64,000 nt of DNA from Adineta vaga. Its lineage: Eukaryota; Animalia; Rotifera. A program made the position numbers and the translations under genes. Of the stretch, positions 29,979 to 45,283 are shown piece by piece (position 1 is the first letter of the stretch; each line of letters opens with the position of its first letter). The notes under the pieces were generated by a model. That model saw nothing but the letters and a program-made list of their open reading frames with translations. It searched no databases and was not told the origin of the DNA. The stretch covers positions 6,138,001 through 6,202,000 of the forward strand of contig CP075497.1 in assembly GCA_021613535.1 (NCBI GenBank), read 5' to 3'.

Positions 29979-32710
29979 TTAGGTTTTTACAAATTATATA
30001 GAAAACTTTTAAAGAATCTCTGTGTCTTGAGGAAAACATAAAAGAGCATTGTTACTCTTCACAGTGAAGTAAACATTCCTTTCAGTATATATGTACTGTA
30101 GCGAAAACCTATAAGCCTATCTTTTTATTTGAAGAATCAGAGAAAAGCAATAACTTTACTATAATTGTATGGCATTCTGTTTGAAAAGAAAATGGAGAAC
30201 TCTGACTTTTTAACTTTGGATATTATGAAATTGATCAATATTTATAGATGAAAAAATTAGAGAAGAGACACATTGGTTCATACACAACGTTGATATGACC
30301 AGACTGATTGAAATTGAATCTAAAGTAGAACACTTTTGTCTAGTAACACATTTTCTCATAAATAAATGTTCTTGTCGGTTCCTCTTTTTGATAGTGAGCA
30401 TCCCCGAAGTAATTATTACTAAATGTTGTTCGTTTTGCCGAGAACCGTCTTCGATCATATTCATGTACGTGAGTGTTGGAAAAAGTGTTTTGAAATCCAA
30501 AATTTTACAAAAGTATTGTTTCCTATGACTATCTTACAAGCAAAAACAATAAATATAGATGAGTTCAATTCTATTTATATTATCTTAATAATAGGTTTGT
30601 AAATGAATGGGTTTGAGAGAAAAGCAATATTCAAGATCACTGAGTTTATTTCATGATAATCGATGATAATTAGTCATTCAATGACATCAAGGATCGCAAA
30701 TTAAGGAATCGACAAAACTCTACATTCTTCCACTAAATATCTATTTGTATCTTCTTGTTTATTTGGAAATCGCACTAAAGAGAATCGCTAACTTTCTTTT
30801 AATAGTTAATCATGTTGCAAAAAAAGATACATCTGGACTTCAAGGTAATACTAATACAGATTTTGGTTTGTACAACATATTTTGTTATCATTAATCATTG
30901 AAGAAAGTTTCATGGGATATAAATAGATCTATTCTAGATTCAAATAGAAAAAACAGACGATTAGTTAATATAATTTCAACATAGAACTCTCAAAGTGTTG
31001 AGTTATATGTGAAAATTGACTAATTGAGAATAATTTCTCATTTCTTTCACTCGATAATTATTTTTGACATCTACTAAAGTCGTAAACCTGAAAAAACGAA
31101 GAACATTTATCATCGAGATAAACTCGTTTTTTTTGCAATGACAAGGCTATTATTGAAATACACATTTGATAAATATTTGTCAACAAATAAAAAATTCCGC
31201 TTGTTTTTCATCGATAAATTGACAATTTGAGATGAACGAATTAAGATTTATTAAGCTTAACTTTGGGAATATGTTTAATGTCTTAGAATAGACAACATTT
31301 TCCCTATGAACATATAATTGGAATAATCATTGTTCTGTCTTTTTCTCCGACGATTTCTGTCAATTAGTCAGATCAAATTATATTCCAGAGAATAAATTCA
31401 GATATCTAGTCTTCAAGCATGCAAAGGTTAACAGCAGTCGTAGATCAAGTAAACTCATTAGAAAACAAACTTGATCTCTTGTCCATTATTTTTCAAAACA
31501 AATCTATAGAGATAAGTACAAAATGAGTATATATTAATGATAAAATCGAACAATTGTTTTTATCTATAATCATATATCAACAATGAATTTTCTTTTATAG
31601 AAAACAGAAAACAGATAACAGATATTGTCATTTGACAATTGCATACAAATAATTTATTGTCAAATTGATGTTTCTTCAAAACTATTGATAGAATATGTTT
31701 ACTTTCTGTTGCTTTCGACCATATATCTTTGTCTCTATGCTCCTTTTCCGATTAGTCTCACGAGAATAGTACTGGATTCCTTTTCGGCTATCATTATAAT
31801 CTTTTCTTGATCTCTTAGATACGTGACCGATCATCAACATAGTAGTAAAATAATTTTTTCCTGATAAAAGAAACGGATATTATGATATCAATTGATTCAA
31901 TGTATATAAAAGAAATAAATACAACAAAGAAGAAAAATGAGGATGTCTTCCGAAAAATATCCTTAATGTTGTTGCTACTTAATAAAGGTTTCTAATTTCG
32001 CAAATTCTATTATGCGACAAAAAAGATTTATTTGATTGATATTTAAAAGGTCGAACAATTATGGACGTGGATGTCAAAAAGTGGTTGACATCAGAATGGT
32101 AAAGGAGATGAGTTTGGCTTTCTATGTCCTGAAGTATTACTAGGAACATACTGAGATATATCTCTTGGAGCTTCTTTCTCTATTCATACACATGCGCAGA
32201 AGGAAGCAAAAGAAAAATGAGAAGTTTCAACGAACAGGATACCAAGAATTAGGAAAATACTAGTATATTTCATCCATCTGATGCAAATCAATCCATGTAA
32301 ACGGAGGCATACAGACGTAAAGAATAGAAAAGCGAAGGAAAAAATATATGTGGATGCATAAATTAGTTAATGTATGATGATGATGATGATGATGATGCTT
32401 CGATGACGTCGATAGGAAGTCTTGTACATAGATAGATAGGAAGAATAAGATTTCTTTTCTTTTTCTTTCTTTCTCTTCTTTCTTTTCTTCGTTGTCTCTC
32501 GTCTTCACCATCCGTTCGTTTGATGACGTAAGTCAATGTGTTGATATGAAGAAGCAAGACGACGCGGCGACAATAACAACAGCAACAGCAGCAGTAGCAT
32601 CATAACGATTTCGCGATCTCATCAATCTAACTAAAACTGAGTAGAACACAAAACTTTTTTTTTCTTCACATAATTGATCGTTTACACATGTCGACTATTG
32701 TGGCAAACCG

Positions 32711-35700
32711 ATGACCCAAACAATGCATGATTTGCGGCTGGCGCTGCGTGATAGTGCCAAGAAACTTGAAGATGCTGAAAATATGACCAATAAACTACGG
32801 ACAGATTATGAAAATCAGCTTCGAAAAAAAGATGAAGTTATTTCAATGAAAGAATCTATTATCAAAGAAAAAGATGCTTATATTACTAAACTTGAACAAG
32901 AAATTTCCAAATATGATCCAACATTTGTTACATCTGTTGGTTTAGATAATGGTATCAATATCAATCAATCACCACGAGCATCCCTTCTTGATACACCAAC
33001 AAAACAACAACGAATGAAACGTACAGCTATTAGTGCTGAACCTGCTCAACATAAAAAATCGAAAGATTTACGTGTTGTCCTACAAGCATTTGATAAATCT
33101 GAACGGTAAGTTCGAATACAACTCGATGAGAAATATTCAACCTTGACTAAGACAAATCTGCTTCACTGAGATCGATCATCGATAAAAGAAAAGATAAAGG
33201 ACAAAGGTCTTCATCTGGAAATATCGATTTATATTCTGAATAGATGATTATCGTTGCAATACAAGGACAATAATAGTATATTTCTTTGCATGCATCTGTT
33301 TAAGAAGAAACTTATCTTATTTGATTTCTTATGAATAGAACAATTTGACTTTGCTAATTTTCTTTCGAAAGAAAATAGATGATAATGTGTAGGTTGATCA
33401 ACAGGAATACGTTAGTAATGATTTTTCTTGTTATTATTATTATTATTATTATTGAAGAAACGCCATCGATCGTCCAATAGTTCGATGATGATAATAAACA
33501 GAAATTGATCGATAAAACGAAGAAGAAAAAAAAGAAACAAATTTACTAACATTCATAAAGATTAAACCAATTCGATCAAAAGAAAAAAATAATAATATCT
33601 AGATCATATTTCTACGAACTAGAAAATATAATCCATAAAGTCAGAGATCAATATTATTGATTAGTGAGAATCTTTTTCTTCCATTGTACTCTATGATCAG
33701 GTAAAACTATTCGATCTTTTAATGTGTTAATCGTTATAATAATGTAAGTCTGAAAATAGTATTCGATTAAGTACATATGTTTTTTTTAAACCAGATGTTT
33801 TTCTCGAAGAAATGAAAAGTACTATAATCATTTTACTGATATCGATCGATGACACCCGATGACATTTGTTATAAACATCAAAGTTTCGATATATATGACT
33901 GACCCTCAAGGTCGAGCTTTCAACATAAGTTTTCCTTATTATAAACCAAATGAAAATGACAAAGTTTCTTCCGGTCAATTTTATATTCCCAAATCGAAAA
34001 ATTTCAATTACTCTAATAATGATCGTATTTATCATCCAATAGGACAAAAGAATTTTTACGTGATGCTATATTAAATAATGATTTTATGAAAAATCTTGAA
34101 ATGGATCAAATTATGTCTATTGTGGATTGCATGTATCCATTGGAACAGAAAAATAATAGTTTAATTATCAAAGAAGGTGATGTTGGTAACCTTGTCTACA
34201 TAATGGAAGGTAATTAAAAATCGATCTCTGAAATTCTTCTTGTTTTTTATGTTCGCGATATTTTAGAAGGAACAGTTGAAGTCAGTAAACTCAATAAAAT
34301 ATTAACTATCATGGGACCTGGTCGAGTATTTGGAGAATTAGCTATTTTATATAATTGTACTCGTACTGCATCAATCAAAGGTAGTTCAAAATCAACTGAA
34401 CGTATACTGAAAGATTGTTTTTTTTTCTTCTTTTACTTAAATTTAAGCTTTATCACATTGTAAATTATGGGCAGTTGATCGTCAAACCTTTCAAGCAATC
34501 ATGATGCGAGCAGGAATGCAAAAACAAACAGAACATATTGAATTATTGAAGAAGTATCTAATTTCTAACAATGAAAATTTTGTCTATCAATTCGTTTTTT
34601 TGTAGTATCAAAACTTTTGAAAGTGTCCGAGAAGATATTCTTAGTAAAATAGGAGATGCTGTTGATCAAGTCAGTTATACTGATGGAGAATATATTGTAC
34701 GACAAGGTGCAAAAGGTGATACATTCTATATTGTTGCCAAAGGTAAATGGAATTTTTTTATTTAAATATCAATGAAAGATTTATAATATCGATACTTTTT
34801 CTATAGGCCGAGCTCAGATTACTCAAGCAAAATCGAAATGGGATACGGCAGTTTATATTCGACATCTTGAACGTGGAGATTCATTTGGAGAAGCAGCATT
34901 ACAATCGTAAAGATTTTCACGATCATCAGTCATTGTTTATATAATATACGTATCTTTTCAGAGAAGAAACTCGACCATTTAATGTTATTGCTGATGATCC
35001 AAATGGTGTTACATGTCTTGTACTTGATAGACAAAGTTATCGTGAAATGATAGCAGATGAATTATCTCGATTGAAACGAGATGAATCTGTTCGATATGCA
35101 CGAAAAAAGTTTGTTCACTTTTTAGTCATTGAAATAAGGAGTTATTGCTTGTTTTTTGTAGTACAACTTTTATTAGTGGAGAAGATGAAAGAGATTTGAA
35201 AAATCTTCGTTTAGCTGATATTGAACTCATTTCCACATTGGGTGTTGGTGGTTTTGGACGCGTTGAATTGGTAAAAACTATTCTATTCATTTTGATCAAG
35301 AGAAAAATAAGTTTTGTTTCGTTTGTATATTAGGCAAATGATACACGAAATTCGAAGAAATATAGTTTGAAACAAATGAAAAAACAACATATTGTTGCCA
35401 TGAAACAACAAGAACATGTGATGAATGAAAGAAACATTATGATGGAGACGCGATCGGATTTTATCGTCAGGTAAATTATCCTCGTCAAAATCTCTATGTG
35501 AAGATGATATATTAAGTGGGTTTTTTTTCCTTCTTCATTTAGATTGTATAAGACGTTTAAAGATCGAAAATATCTCTACATGTTATTAGAATGTTGTTTA
35601 GGTGGAGAATTATGGACATTATTACGGAATAGAAGCTTTTTTGAAGAATCAGAAGTTCGATTCTATAGTGCTTGTGTTATTGAAGCATTTGCGTATTTGC

Positions 35701-36790
35701 ATAAAAAAGGAATTGTTTATCGAGATTTAAAAGTAAGATTCAGATTTAATGTTTCATAAGAATGAATATTCATAATTTTATTTTGTTTTAGCCCGAAAAT
35801 CTATTATTAGATAGCAAAGGTTATTGTAAATTGGTAAGTTGAGATAGTCTTCTATCAAATGATAACTAGAAATCATCTTATCTGTTTTCGATATTTTCTA
35901 CTTCGATGTTTTGCATAATGATTCAATCAGTTTGTCCTAGAAGAACTTAAATTAATCGTAGAAAATTGTCTTTCTCTTCCTTCTATGTCAATAATTATCT
36001 TCTAGGTTGATTTCGGTTTTGCTAAAAAAGTTGGTCTAGGACGGAAAACATGGACATTTTGTGGTACACCAGGTACGATCGTTATATAGGATGAAAAAGA
36101 TATAAGTGTATCTTCATTTAGAATACGTTGCACCTGAAATTATTCTTAATAAAGGTCATGACATGGCTGCGGATTGTTGGTCACTAGGTATTTTAATTTT
36201 CGAGCTTATTAATGGAAAGTATGGATTGACTTTTACGTGTTCTTGTCTGACATATTTTAAATTGTTTTGTTTTAGTCCACCGTTTACTGGTTCAGATCCA
36301 ATGAAAACATACAATATTATTTTAAAAGGTATTGATGCAATTGAATTTCCTCGACGAGTATCGAAAATGGCTTCACTATTAATCAAACGTTTATGCCGGT
36401 ACATATCTTTAAATATCATCTTCGAAGAATTATTCTATTTTCTCTTATTTAGAGAAAATCCAGTTGAACGTATCGGTTATCAAAAAGGTGGCATTGCAGA
36501 TATTCAAAAACATAAGTAATTTCTTTCATGAATTTGAAGAAATATTTCGATGAAATCTATTTTAGATGGTTTGAAGGTTTTAGTTGGGAATGTTTGAAAA
36601 AAGGAACATTGACGGCACCCTATATTCCAAAAGTATAAGAATTTATTCTTTTTTTTCTAAAAAAAAAAAGGAAACTCTCTATTTCTACTAGGTTGAAAAC
36701 GATGCTGATACCCAAAACTTTGATTTCTTTCCCGAAGATGACGCTCCCGACCCTGAAGACGATTTAACCGGCTGGGATAAAGAATTCTAA
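32711..36790 (+). CDS. PRKG1: cGMP-dependent protein kinase (PKG; PRKG1/foraging/egl-4 type)
   Basis: N-terminal coiled coil, autoinhibitory KRTAISAEP, two cNMP-binding domains ([15 protein letters not shown]; FGEAAL), [42 protein letters not shown] and [10 protein letters not shown]. Confidence 0.96.
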
Positions 36791-39642
36791 TTACGGAAAA
36801 ATCTATTTTTTTTATAGCTCAACATCACACTTACTTATGCTCATATATATATATACTAACAAAAAAGAAAACTCCTTTTTTTGTCAATTTTTTTTTCTTC
36901 ATATATTGTTTGATTTTGTGTTGTATAGAAAGACTTGACTTTTTCTTTTCATGAGTGATGTCTATTTTTTATTTGTCAGTCATTCTGTTAAATTTCATTT
37001 CTTTCGTTTTGTTGTCTCAATCAAAATTTTATTGTATAAGTTCGGATAGAGAAAGATATTTTAGATCTGTATAAAAATAATTAACTCATTTCGAGAAAAA
37101 CGATGAGATATTGTTTATATATTTCTTTACATGTAATCATTTGTAACATACAATTATGGAGATTTTACGTCATAACTTCAATGATATAACTTGAATTTCG
37201 CTTGAATTTTAAAAGTTTCATTATCATCTCATTACTAAACACAGCAGGCATTTTTGTTCATGTTCAAATTCATAGTGTTCTGCTTTTCTTGCCTTTATCA
37301 TGCTCGTTAACCAGTGATAGACAACTTCCGGAAGTGATGTTTACATCTGCATTCAAAACAAAATTAATCGTTCGTATACCATAACGATATAGCCATCACA
37401 TCTATCTGTATATATACATATACAAACAGATTTTGTCGATACAGTCATTATCGACTATATATGACGAGCAATTTTTTGACAGATTTACGATTAAAAAAGT
37501 GAGTTTGTCTTAGTAATTATTTTCTTTTACTCGAAGATTTCTAGGCATATCGATGAGCACTTCAGAGCGATAGTGCGCATCAATGACTTCGTTGAATACG
37601 AATAATTCCCTTGATGATTTATATGTCGTTACTTTTACTTTACCGGTCTATGTAGAAGAATAAGGAGACGAGAAAAAAAGCATTTAACACATTTAGAGTA
37701 GATGTCTCGTCCGTTAATCGAGATTTGAGTATGTTGTTTGGTGTCATATTCAACTCACTTGACGAGTCATTCATTCATTCATTCATTTGATGACCAAGTC
37801 AAATGTATGTCTGGCTAGTATAAAAACGAACGAGTGATGAAAGAACCATTATCTATTAAAAAAAAGATAATGGATCATCGTATGTTCAATGTCTGACTTG
37901 TGACGCGAGACAGTCGGTGATACGCTTGTTTAGTACGGTTTCGCTTAACGTACATTGATAAGATGTGATATCGTTAGTGAGGACATTCTTTCGTACATAT
38001 GAATGAGCGGCTTAGATCATAAAAAAAATGTCCAAACAATCACTGACCTTTTCACTTCGGTCAACATCCTCGCCTTCTCTTTAGTTATCATTAGACACTT
38101 CTTTTGTTAAACAGAAAAAAAAGAATGTCCAATTCTTCAGACAAGTTATGTCACCTAACTCTCCTATACATACATTTCTATAAAGCCGACAATGATGATC
38201 GATTCCGGAAGGCGTTTACTTCTTTTCTCTCGCTCTCCAGTGTTTATAAATTCTACATATGAATTATTTGTGATGTAAGAGCTAGGAAGAAAAACAGAAC
38301 AGTTTTCAGTTGAATAAAACTGTACTATTGTTTCAAACGTTGACGTTTTCTCTCTTTTTTCTTTTCTTTTCTTTTCATAGAAAATGACCGATATTGAGAA
38401 TTTGATATAGTTAAATAAAAAAAGAAGAGTGTTTGTATTTATGGTCAAGTATATAATTAGAATAAGAAAGAGAGCGCCTATACACGCGTCACTCGTTTTC
38501 TATTCAGTTTCAAAAAGGTCGTTTGTGATATATTTGCATTCATTCGATGCTTGGATGATTCGATTTAGAGAAGTAAAGAAGTTGATTATGAATGTTTAGC
38601 TTTAGTTTTTCTTTTTCTTGAACATCAGGATATCTATTGCATTTCTTTCCTTTTTCTAAAGCAGAATATGAGAAAGCATCTATTCGTCTCTAGAGAGAAA
38701 AAAATGCGATACTAATGATAAGAACGAGGAACGTCGTCTCTCTTCTCTTCTCTTCTTTTCTCTCTTGATAGAAAAGGCATGTTGGTTGGCCATCTATATG
38801 GTTGTACAAACGAAAAAAGCATAGACACACATATATTGTTCTTTCTCCCTTTCTTTCTCGTTCTTTTTGCCTTTTAGAAATTAATGATAACCTTGTGCAA
38901 TGCTCAACGGTAAGTGAAGAGGATTTGCTCAGATCAATCCTTTTGGTAAAAAACCTTGAACTTTTGATTCAAGAGAGATTTGTAATCCATTGTAAATGTA
39001 TTTGCTTCTGTTCATTGTTTGTTTTCCACTCTAGTAGTCCTTTCCTTTCTCAATGTACAAATATTTATTCGCTGTGTTCTCTCTTACCCACTTTACACCA
39101 ATGTAAAATGATATCAGTTGATGAGTATGTGTGTGTGTTGTGGCTTTTTTGTTCACTCGTTTTAATTCATTACTGAGCCAGATATTCATATTGTTTTCTG
39201 TTTTTTTTTCGTTGAAACGGAAATGACAGACATCGGTCAAACCTACGGGAATGAGAATTTTATCAGCAGGTAGAGAAAATTTCTATTATCAATATGTTTC
39301 TTTCGGGAACATCCGTTCAAATTAACTATTATTCTTCTTTTTACTAAAGAACACGAACATCAAATTCTCTGGAGTAACTTCTTTTTTATTTTAATTTCAT
39401 TTATAAATGAATTAGATGTTTTTTTGAAGTTAGATAAGACATTGTTTAAGGTATAGGACACGATCAGATTCATCATCTTCTGCATGAATTAAAGCGTCTA
39501 ATGCGATTATCGCTTCTTTGCCTACATTGATAGATTTATCATCTTCAACCACAAACCTCCAACCAGTCAGTCAGTCAGTCAGTCATCTATATGCATCATT
39601 CTATACATAGACAAACATTACACATATAATATCTATTTGTAG

Positions 39643-42600
39643 ATGAATGAATGTTATTATTATCTACTGATTCTAAGTTTATTCAGTAGTTTGAAACATT
39701 CACATTCATATAAAACGGATATTTCAAATGAATTAACGAATGTTACTATTCAACATATCTGTGAAAATGATTTACTTATTATCAAATGTTTAAATATAAA
39801 TGAAACAATTCAAATTGTCCGTTCTATGTATGGACGAACATCACAAAGAATATGTAATCATGATTTAACAGCTCGTTTTTTTGATAAAACATGTGCAAAT
39901 ATTGAACAATCAAAATATCAAACAAAACTTCAGTAAAAATTCATTTTCTCTTGTTATTTCTTATTAGAAATTTCTTTTTCTAGATGTCAAGACAAATCTA
40001 CATGTCAAATTTTAATTGATAATCAAATTTTTACAGATCCATGTGGTTTAACTATTCCTAAACATTTCGAAGTACATTATCGGTGTGTGAATAAAGGTAA
40101 AGAAAATCTGCAGAAGAATTTATCGATTAAATTTCTCTTTTTAGAAAAAATTTGTTCGAAATTACTTCTCAATTGTTCAAAATCAAAAGATATCAAATGT
40201 ATTGAAAAAATTCAAGAAGATTTTTCATGTTTATGTCCGTCAACAATTTGTCGATACAGTATATAATTGATTTTAAACAGAACTAAATGATGAATAAATT
40301 GGTTTTAGATAAAAAACGGATAATTGGATTTATTGAAAACGTTTGTCCAGAGGAGAATCTTCAAGGTCATCGATGGAGTACAACAGCGATAAATAAAAAT
40401 CAATCTTTTCCATGTCCTTCTCCTTGTCATGGTAACACAAACTGATGATTATGTATGTGAAATTTTAATCTTGAATTTTTCTCTCTAGGAAAAATCTCAC
40501 GTTTCTGTCAATCTAATCGTCAATGGTCAGAAGCAAATTATACTAATTGTGAATGTCCGATAAAACAATCCGATCAAGTAATGTTTATTTTTGATTGAGA
40601 TTTTCATTCATTGTTTCTAATGATTAGTTATCAACACATCGTTCGGCCAATGGCTATGTCTTTCAATGTAATTTTTGGCTAATCAATCGAATATTGCCTA
40701 AGGATAATCCATGCATTCTTGTCTGTAGTGTTCTTTATTCATTAATCGTTGAATTTAGTTTTCATTTTTATGTCTAGTCATTTGCCAATTGGAATGAACA
40801 AACCAATGATGATGATGACAGTCAATCAATGAATTGTCTTTTAAGTGCCTTCGAACGAATGACATTTCAATCATGTTTATTAACAAATTCATTTGGAATT
40901 CATTTTGAAAATTTAATTTTTGAAATTTATTTTCCAAAACGAAATGAAAGTAAATTTCATTTCTTAACAAATAATTATGATCGAGTAACAAACATTCCAT
41001 TTAATCAAATTCTTATCGATCGAACGAATAGAATCAAAGAACATTCTCATGCTAATTTACCAATGATGGTTATCGATACGAAAAATCAATCAATTATTTT
41101 AATTGAACAAGGAAATGATTTCAGTTCAGTACAAACGGGCAATGTTACCGTGATATTTAAACGACCGGTTAGTCTATTGATTACAACTTGTTCTTCTCTT
41201 AAGTGCCATATGAGTTATCTAATGTACTATATAATTAACTGAACAGATCATCTGATTACGACATATCATTTGAATAGGACAGTCATTTTTATCTTGAGAC
41301 AATGGAATGTTGTAGAATTCTTCATAAGTTTTTCTTTTTCTATTTTCATAAAGATAAGATCAGTTATGTTCATCAATCATCCGTCTGACATGAAAAGATA
41401 TTTGAAGATAATCTCACTGATGAAAAGACATATTTCATGCATAAAATCTCCGCATTTACCTTGAAATCTATTCTCTTCTTCTTTTTCTCTCTCATTTTTA
41501 GTCATCAGAATATTATTATTATTATCAATGTCGCGCTTATCGTTCAACAAATTTCTCATTACACATCGAGTAAGTCCAAAACAACCTTCTCGCTTGGTCA
41601 TCTTCTTCTAATCATATATTTTGTTTGATCTAGTTCGACAAATATGTTTTTTGCATGTCAATCATTATGTTCAAACACTAGTCATGTTATATGTCAATGT
41701 CCATTTTTCAATCCATTCATGCATTATCACTTGCACATCGATGTAAACGAAAACAATTGATTGATTTTTGATTTATTAATTCATGAATTTTTTCTCGTTG
41801 TAGAAATTGAGAAAGGCAAATGAATTCAGTGAAGAATGTTTAGAAGATATCAATCATACGATGAATGAGAATTTGAATAGAATTGATCGATATATGAAAG
41901 AGATTTCATCGTTACAATCTGCTAAAGTTTGTTTGATCAATAAGAATAAATTAATTCAAGAATTGTTGAATTTGCTTTATAGAAACTTCTTCTATTTATT
42001 GACAAATTAATTGAACGAGAATATAATTGGAATATGACCTATCGAATGATTAAACAAATGGAATATCTTGGTTTAAAAATAGTTCGTTTAACGAAATCGT
42101 TTGTTTCAATTCAATCTCATCTTGGTAAAGGAATTGAATATCTTGAGATTAAAATGAATGTTCGGCTTTTTTTTAAGAATTTTTTATTGAATCGAACAAA
42201 ATTCAAGTTGAGAATTCGAATCAATCAATTGCAATTTCATTTCCAAATAAGAAGAATCAAGATACAGATTTTCAATTGGTATTCTTCACAATTTCATATC
42301 CAAATCAAACAAATTTATTCAACAGTCATATTGTTACTGTCTATTCTTCACCCAAAGGTCAATTGAATGGTAATATTCAAATAAAATTTCGTCATTTAAA
42401 TGAATCCGAACAAATTTCAATTTGTGTTTATTTGAAAAATATTGAAAAGTAAAGAAATTCAAGTGTTTCCTTTTCTTTCACTATCCAATTGATTTCATTT
42501 TTAGTATTATGCAATGGAGTACAGATGGTTGTCAATTATTATCAACAAATTCAACTCATTCGATATGTTCATGTAATCATTTGAGTAATACATTTGCTTT

Positions 42601-44491
42601 ATTAAGAAATTATCAAAAGGTTTGTTTGAAAATTTATCAGAAAAATATCTTCGATAGATTTATTTGTATAGTCGACAATGAAATCTGATACAAATCATAC
42701 ATTACCGATTTCAAAGATTGGCTGTATGATTTCCATTATATGTCTTCTATTGACAATCGTTTTGCTGATTATTATGCGGTAATAATTTCATACTTATAAA
42801 TAGAATCCAATTGATCAATAATAATTTTGATAAATACTCAAAATTAAGTACATCGATTGATATTTGAATTACATAATAGAATTGATGAAGCGAAATATCA
42901 TTATACTTCAATATTATAAATGAGTTTCTGATGAGTTTATATTTCTTAACCTTCGATTTCTTTTTGTTGATATTATTGACTCCTTTATATTACATGAAAA
43001 GTAGTCAATCTATATTATCATTTGTTTGTTTGATAGATCTCATACGAATGTTGATGATGATGATGATGATTTGACAACTGTTCGAAGTATTCTTCATACA
43101 AATATGTTATTATGTTTAATTATTGTACAAATATTGTTTCTATTTGGCATTGATCAAACCAGATATAAAGTAAAATGAAGAGAATTCTTTTCAATTCTTA
43201 AGTTTTTCTTGCAATTAATTTTAGTTTGGATGTCGAATTATATCTATCCTATTAGATTATTTTCTTCTTGCAACTATTTCTTGGATGTTTGTTGATGGTA
43301 TTGAATTGTTAATTGCTCTTAAACATGTTTTTAAAATTGATCGAATACGTTTAATTGCTTATTCATTATATTCATATGGATTTCCTTTACTTATTGTTTT
43401 TCTATCAATATCACTATCAGCTAAAATTGAAAATGAATCAAATCAATAGTATGTATAAAATTAAATTTCTGAGATGTTTTTCTTTTCTCATTTAATTCGT
43501 TTAGTTGTTGGCTATCTCATGATAATTCATTCATCTGGGCATTTGCGATACCATTCGTACTTCTAATACTGGTAAGTGATGGAGAGTTACATTGTTTTGA
43601 AATGAATATTGGTTCATTTTTATAGGCAAACCTTTGCTTCTTTATTATATCGATCCATTCAATCTGTAAAAAGACAAATCCATCGGAATACATCAGTAAA
43701 ATCAGGTTTGTAAAGTAAACCTTAAGAATTCTATAAAAATATTTCGTTTTTTTTTAGAATTTCATTACGTGATATGTCAATAATATCGATTTTATTTGGT
43801 TTAACATGGATAATCGCTTTAGTTTATCTCTATGGTCAAACAATTTCATTTGCATATATATTCACTATATTAAATTCTTTTCATGGTTTACTAATATTTC
43901 TATTCTATGGTTTAATACAAAAATGTATACAAAATTCTTTGACAAACTTTTGTTTTCACAAAAATTCTCATCGATCGGTAATAAAATCTTTGAAATCAAT
44001 GAAATCTAATGAATATTTATCGTTTTAGTTCTTTCATTGTTTTATGCGATCAAGTCGAAATCAAACTCATATGCGTAAGAATCAGTTAGCCGTTTTGCAT
44101 AGAATCACTTCAAAAATGAATTTTCTTTTTAGATAAAAAATCGCTCGAACATTTTTCACTACCTGATAATACAAGTAGTAGTGGCTATAGTTCAGCACAT
44201 TCAACGGATCTTAACAATAAGCAATTATTATGTAATCAAACATTAGATTATTCAACTCATTTATCACGACCAATATCGTTTCCGAATAATCATTATAATA
44301 GACGATCATGTTTGGTTCATGAAACTTCGTATTTACCAAGTATACCAAATAATTTACTACCAAATCGTCTTAGTACATTTCGCTATCAATTACCAGCGAA
44401 TGAAACTATTGTTTCTCATGAACAGAATGAACAATTACTTCAAAAACTCCAAATTCATGATGATGATCATCAGTATTATGAGATTGGTTGA
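39643..44491 (+). CDS. Latrophilin/CIRL-like adhesion GPCR
   Basis: Signal peptide, rhamnose-binding lectin domain (CEND..I.C...MYGRTS..IC...DPC...K.FEV.Y.C), hormone-receptor motif, GPS (WSTDGC...CSCNHLS), and a secretin-class 7TM ([31 protein letters not shown]). Middle exons not fully resolved. Confidence 0.87.
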
Positions 44492-44991
44492 TTATTTCAT
44501 TTGTATGTTTTTCTTTGTATCTTTTTACTGTCCGGTGTTATATAAATAACAAATAAAAGTAATAATAGTTTCTTTGAAAATCTTTCTGTTCTTGTTTTAT
44601 TTCATATTTAATAGCAAACAATAAACAAATTTTGCAATCAGACGGAAATATACTAGAATTCATTGAAATTAGGAGTTAAACATTTTGAGAATATGATCAA
44701 GGTCTAATTATGCATGTGTTTGAGTGAGAATAACAAGGGTATTCCAATTAGGACTTTCAAATATCGTTTTTCTTTCAATTCGACTTTGATTTATACATTT
44801 GAATGATTATAATGAGTTTCTTTTCTAATCGTTGAATACAGATGGAATTACATTGCAATGCGAAAGTTAATGAGAAAAAGACAATAAACAAATATTTTGA
44901 TATAAGATCCAAAGTATTCTCTAGTCTACATCGATACCATCGATTATCTTGATACATTTCAATATAAATTAATAGTAAATAAAACTATCAC

Positions 44992-45069
44992 TTCTCATGA
45001 ACAGAATGAACAGTTACTTAAAAGAACTCAAGTTCATCAGTATTAAGAGACTGATTGATTATTTCATTT
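44992..45069 (+). repeat. Degenerate duplicate of the end of the adhesion GPCR last exon (44413-44502)
   Basis: TTCTCATGAACAGAATGAACA.TTACTT.AAA.ACTC.A.TTCAT...CAGTATTA.GAGA.TG.TTGATTATTTCATTT occurs at both places. Confidence 0.85.
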
Positions 45070-45073
45070 TTAA

Positions 45074-45210
45074 CCCTTTGGCTGCGGGTGACTCAGATGC
45101 GATCATCTGCAGCTAAAGGATCAATAAACTAGAACTACATATTAATTTACGAACAAATATATAGAAAAAAAGAAATTTCAATTTCCTCGAAAATACTCGC
45201 AGCCAAAGAT
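45074..45210. mobile_element. piggyBac-like MITE
   Basis: TTAA|CCCTTTGGCTGCGGGT ... ACTCGCAGCCAAAGAT|TTAA: TTAA TSD with ~16-bp imperfect TIRs. Confidence 0.75.
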
Positions 45211-45283
45211 TTAATAACAAACAACAGACATATATATTCAACTAGAACAAAATATGTAACAGTTCATTGTAATATTTATAGCA

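Noticed and set aside
33859-34074. Alternative first exon of PKG
   Set aside because: The 71-aa ORF is out of frame with exon 2, and candidate donors give only a few codons; unsupported without RNA data.
37337-37602. Spliced small ORF using a good-looking intron at 37499-37544
   Set aside because: The three-exon model hits a stop; only a 32-aa ORF remains, more likely a non-coding or UTR exon.
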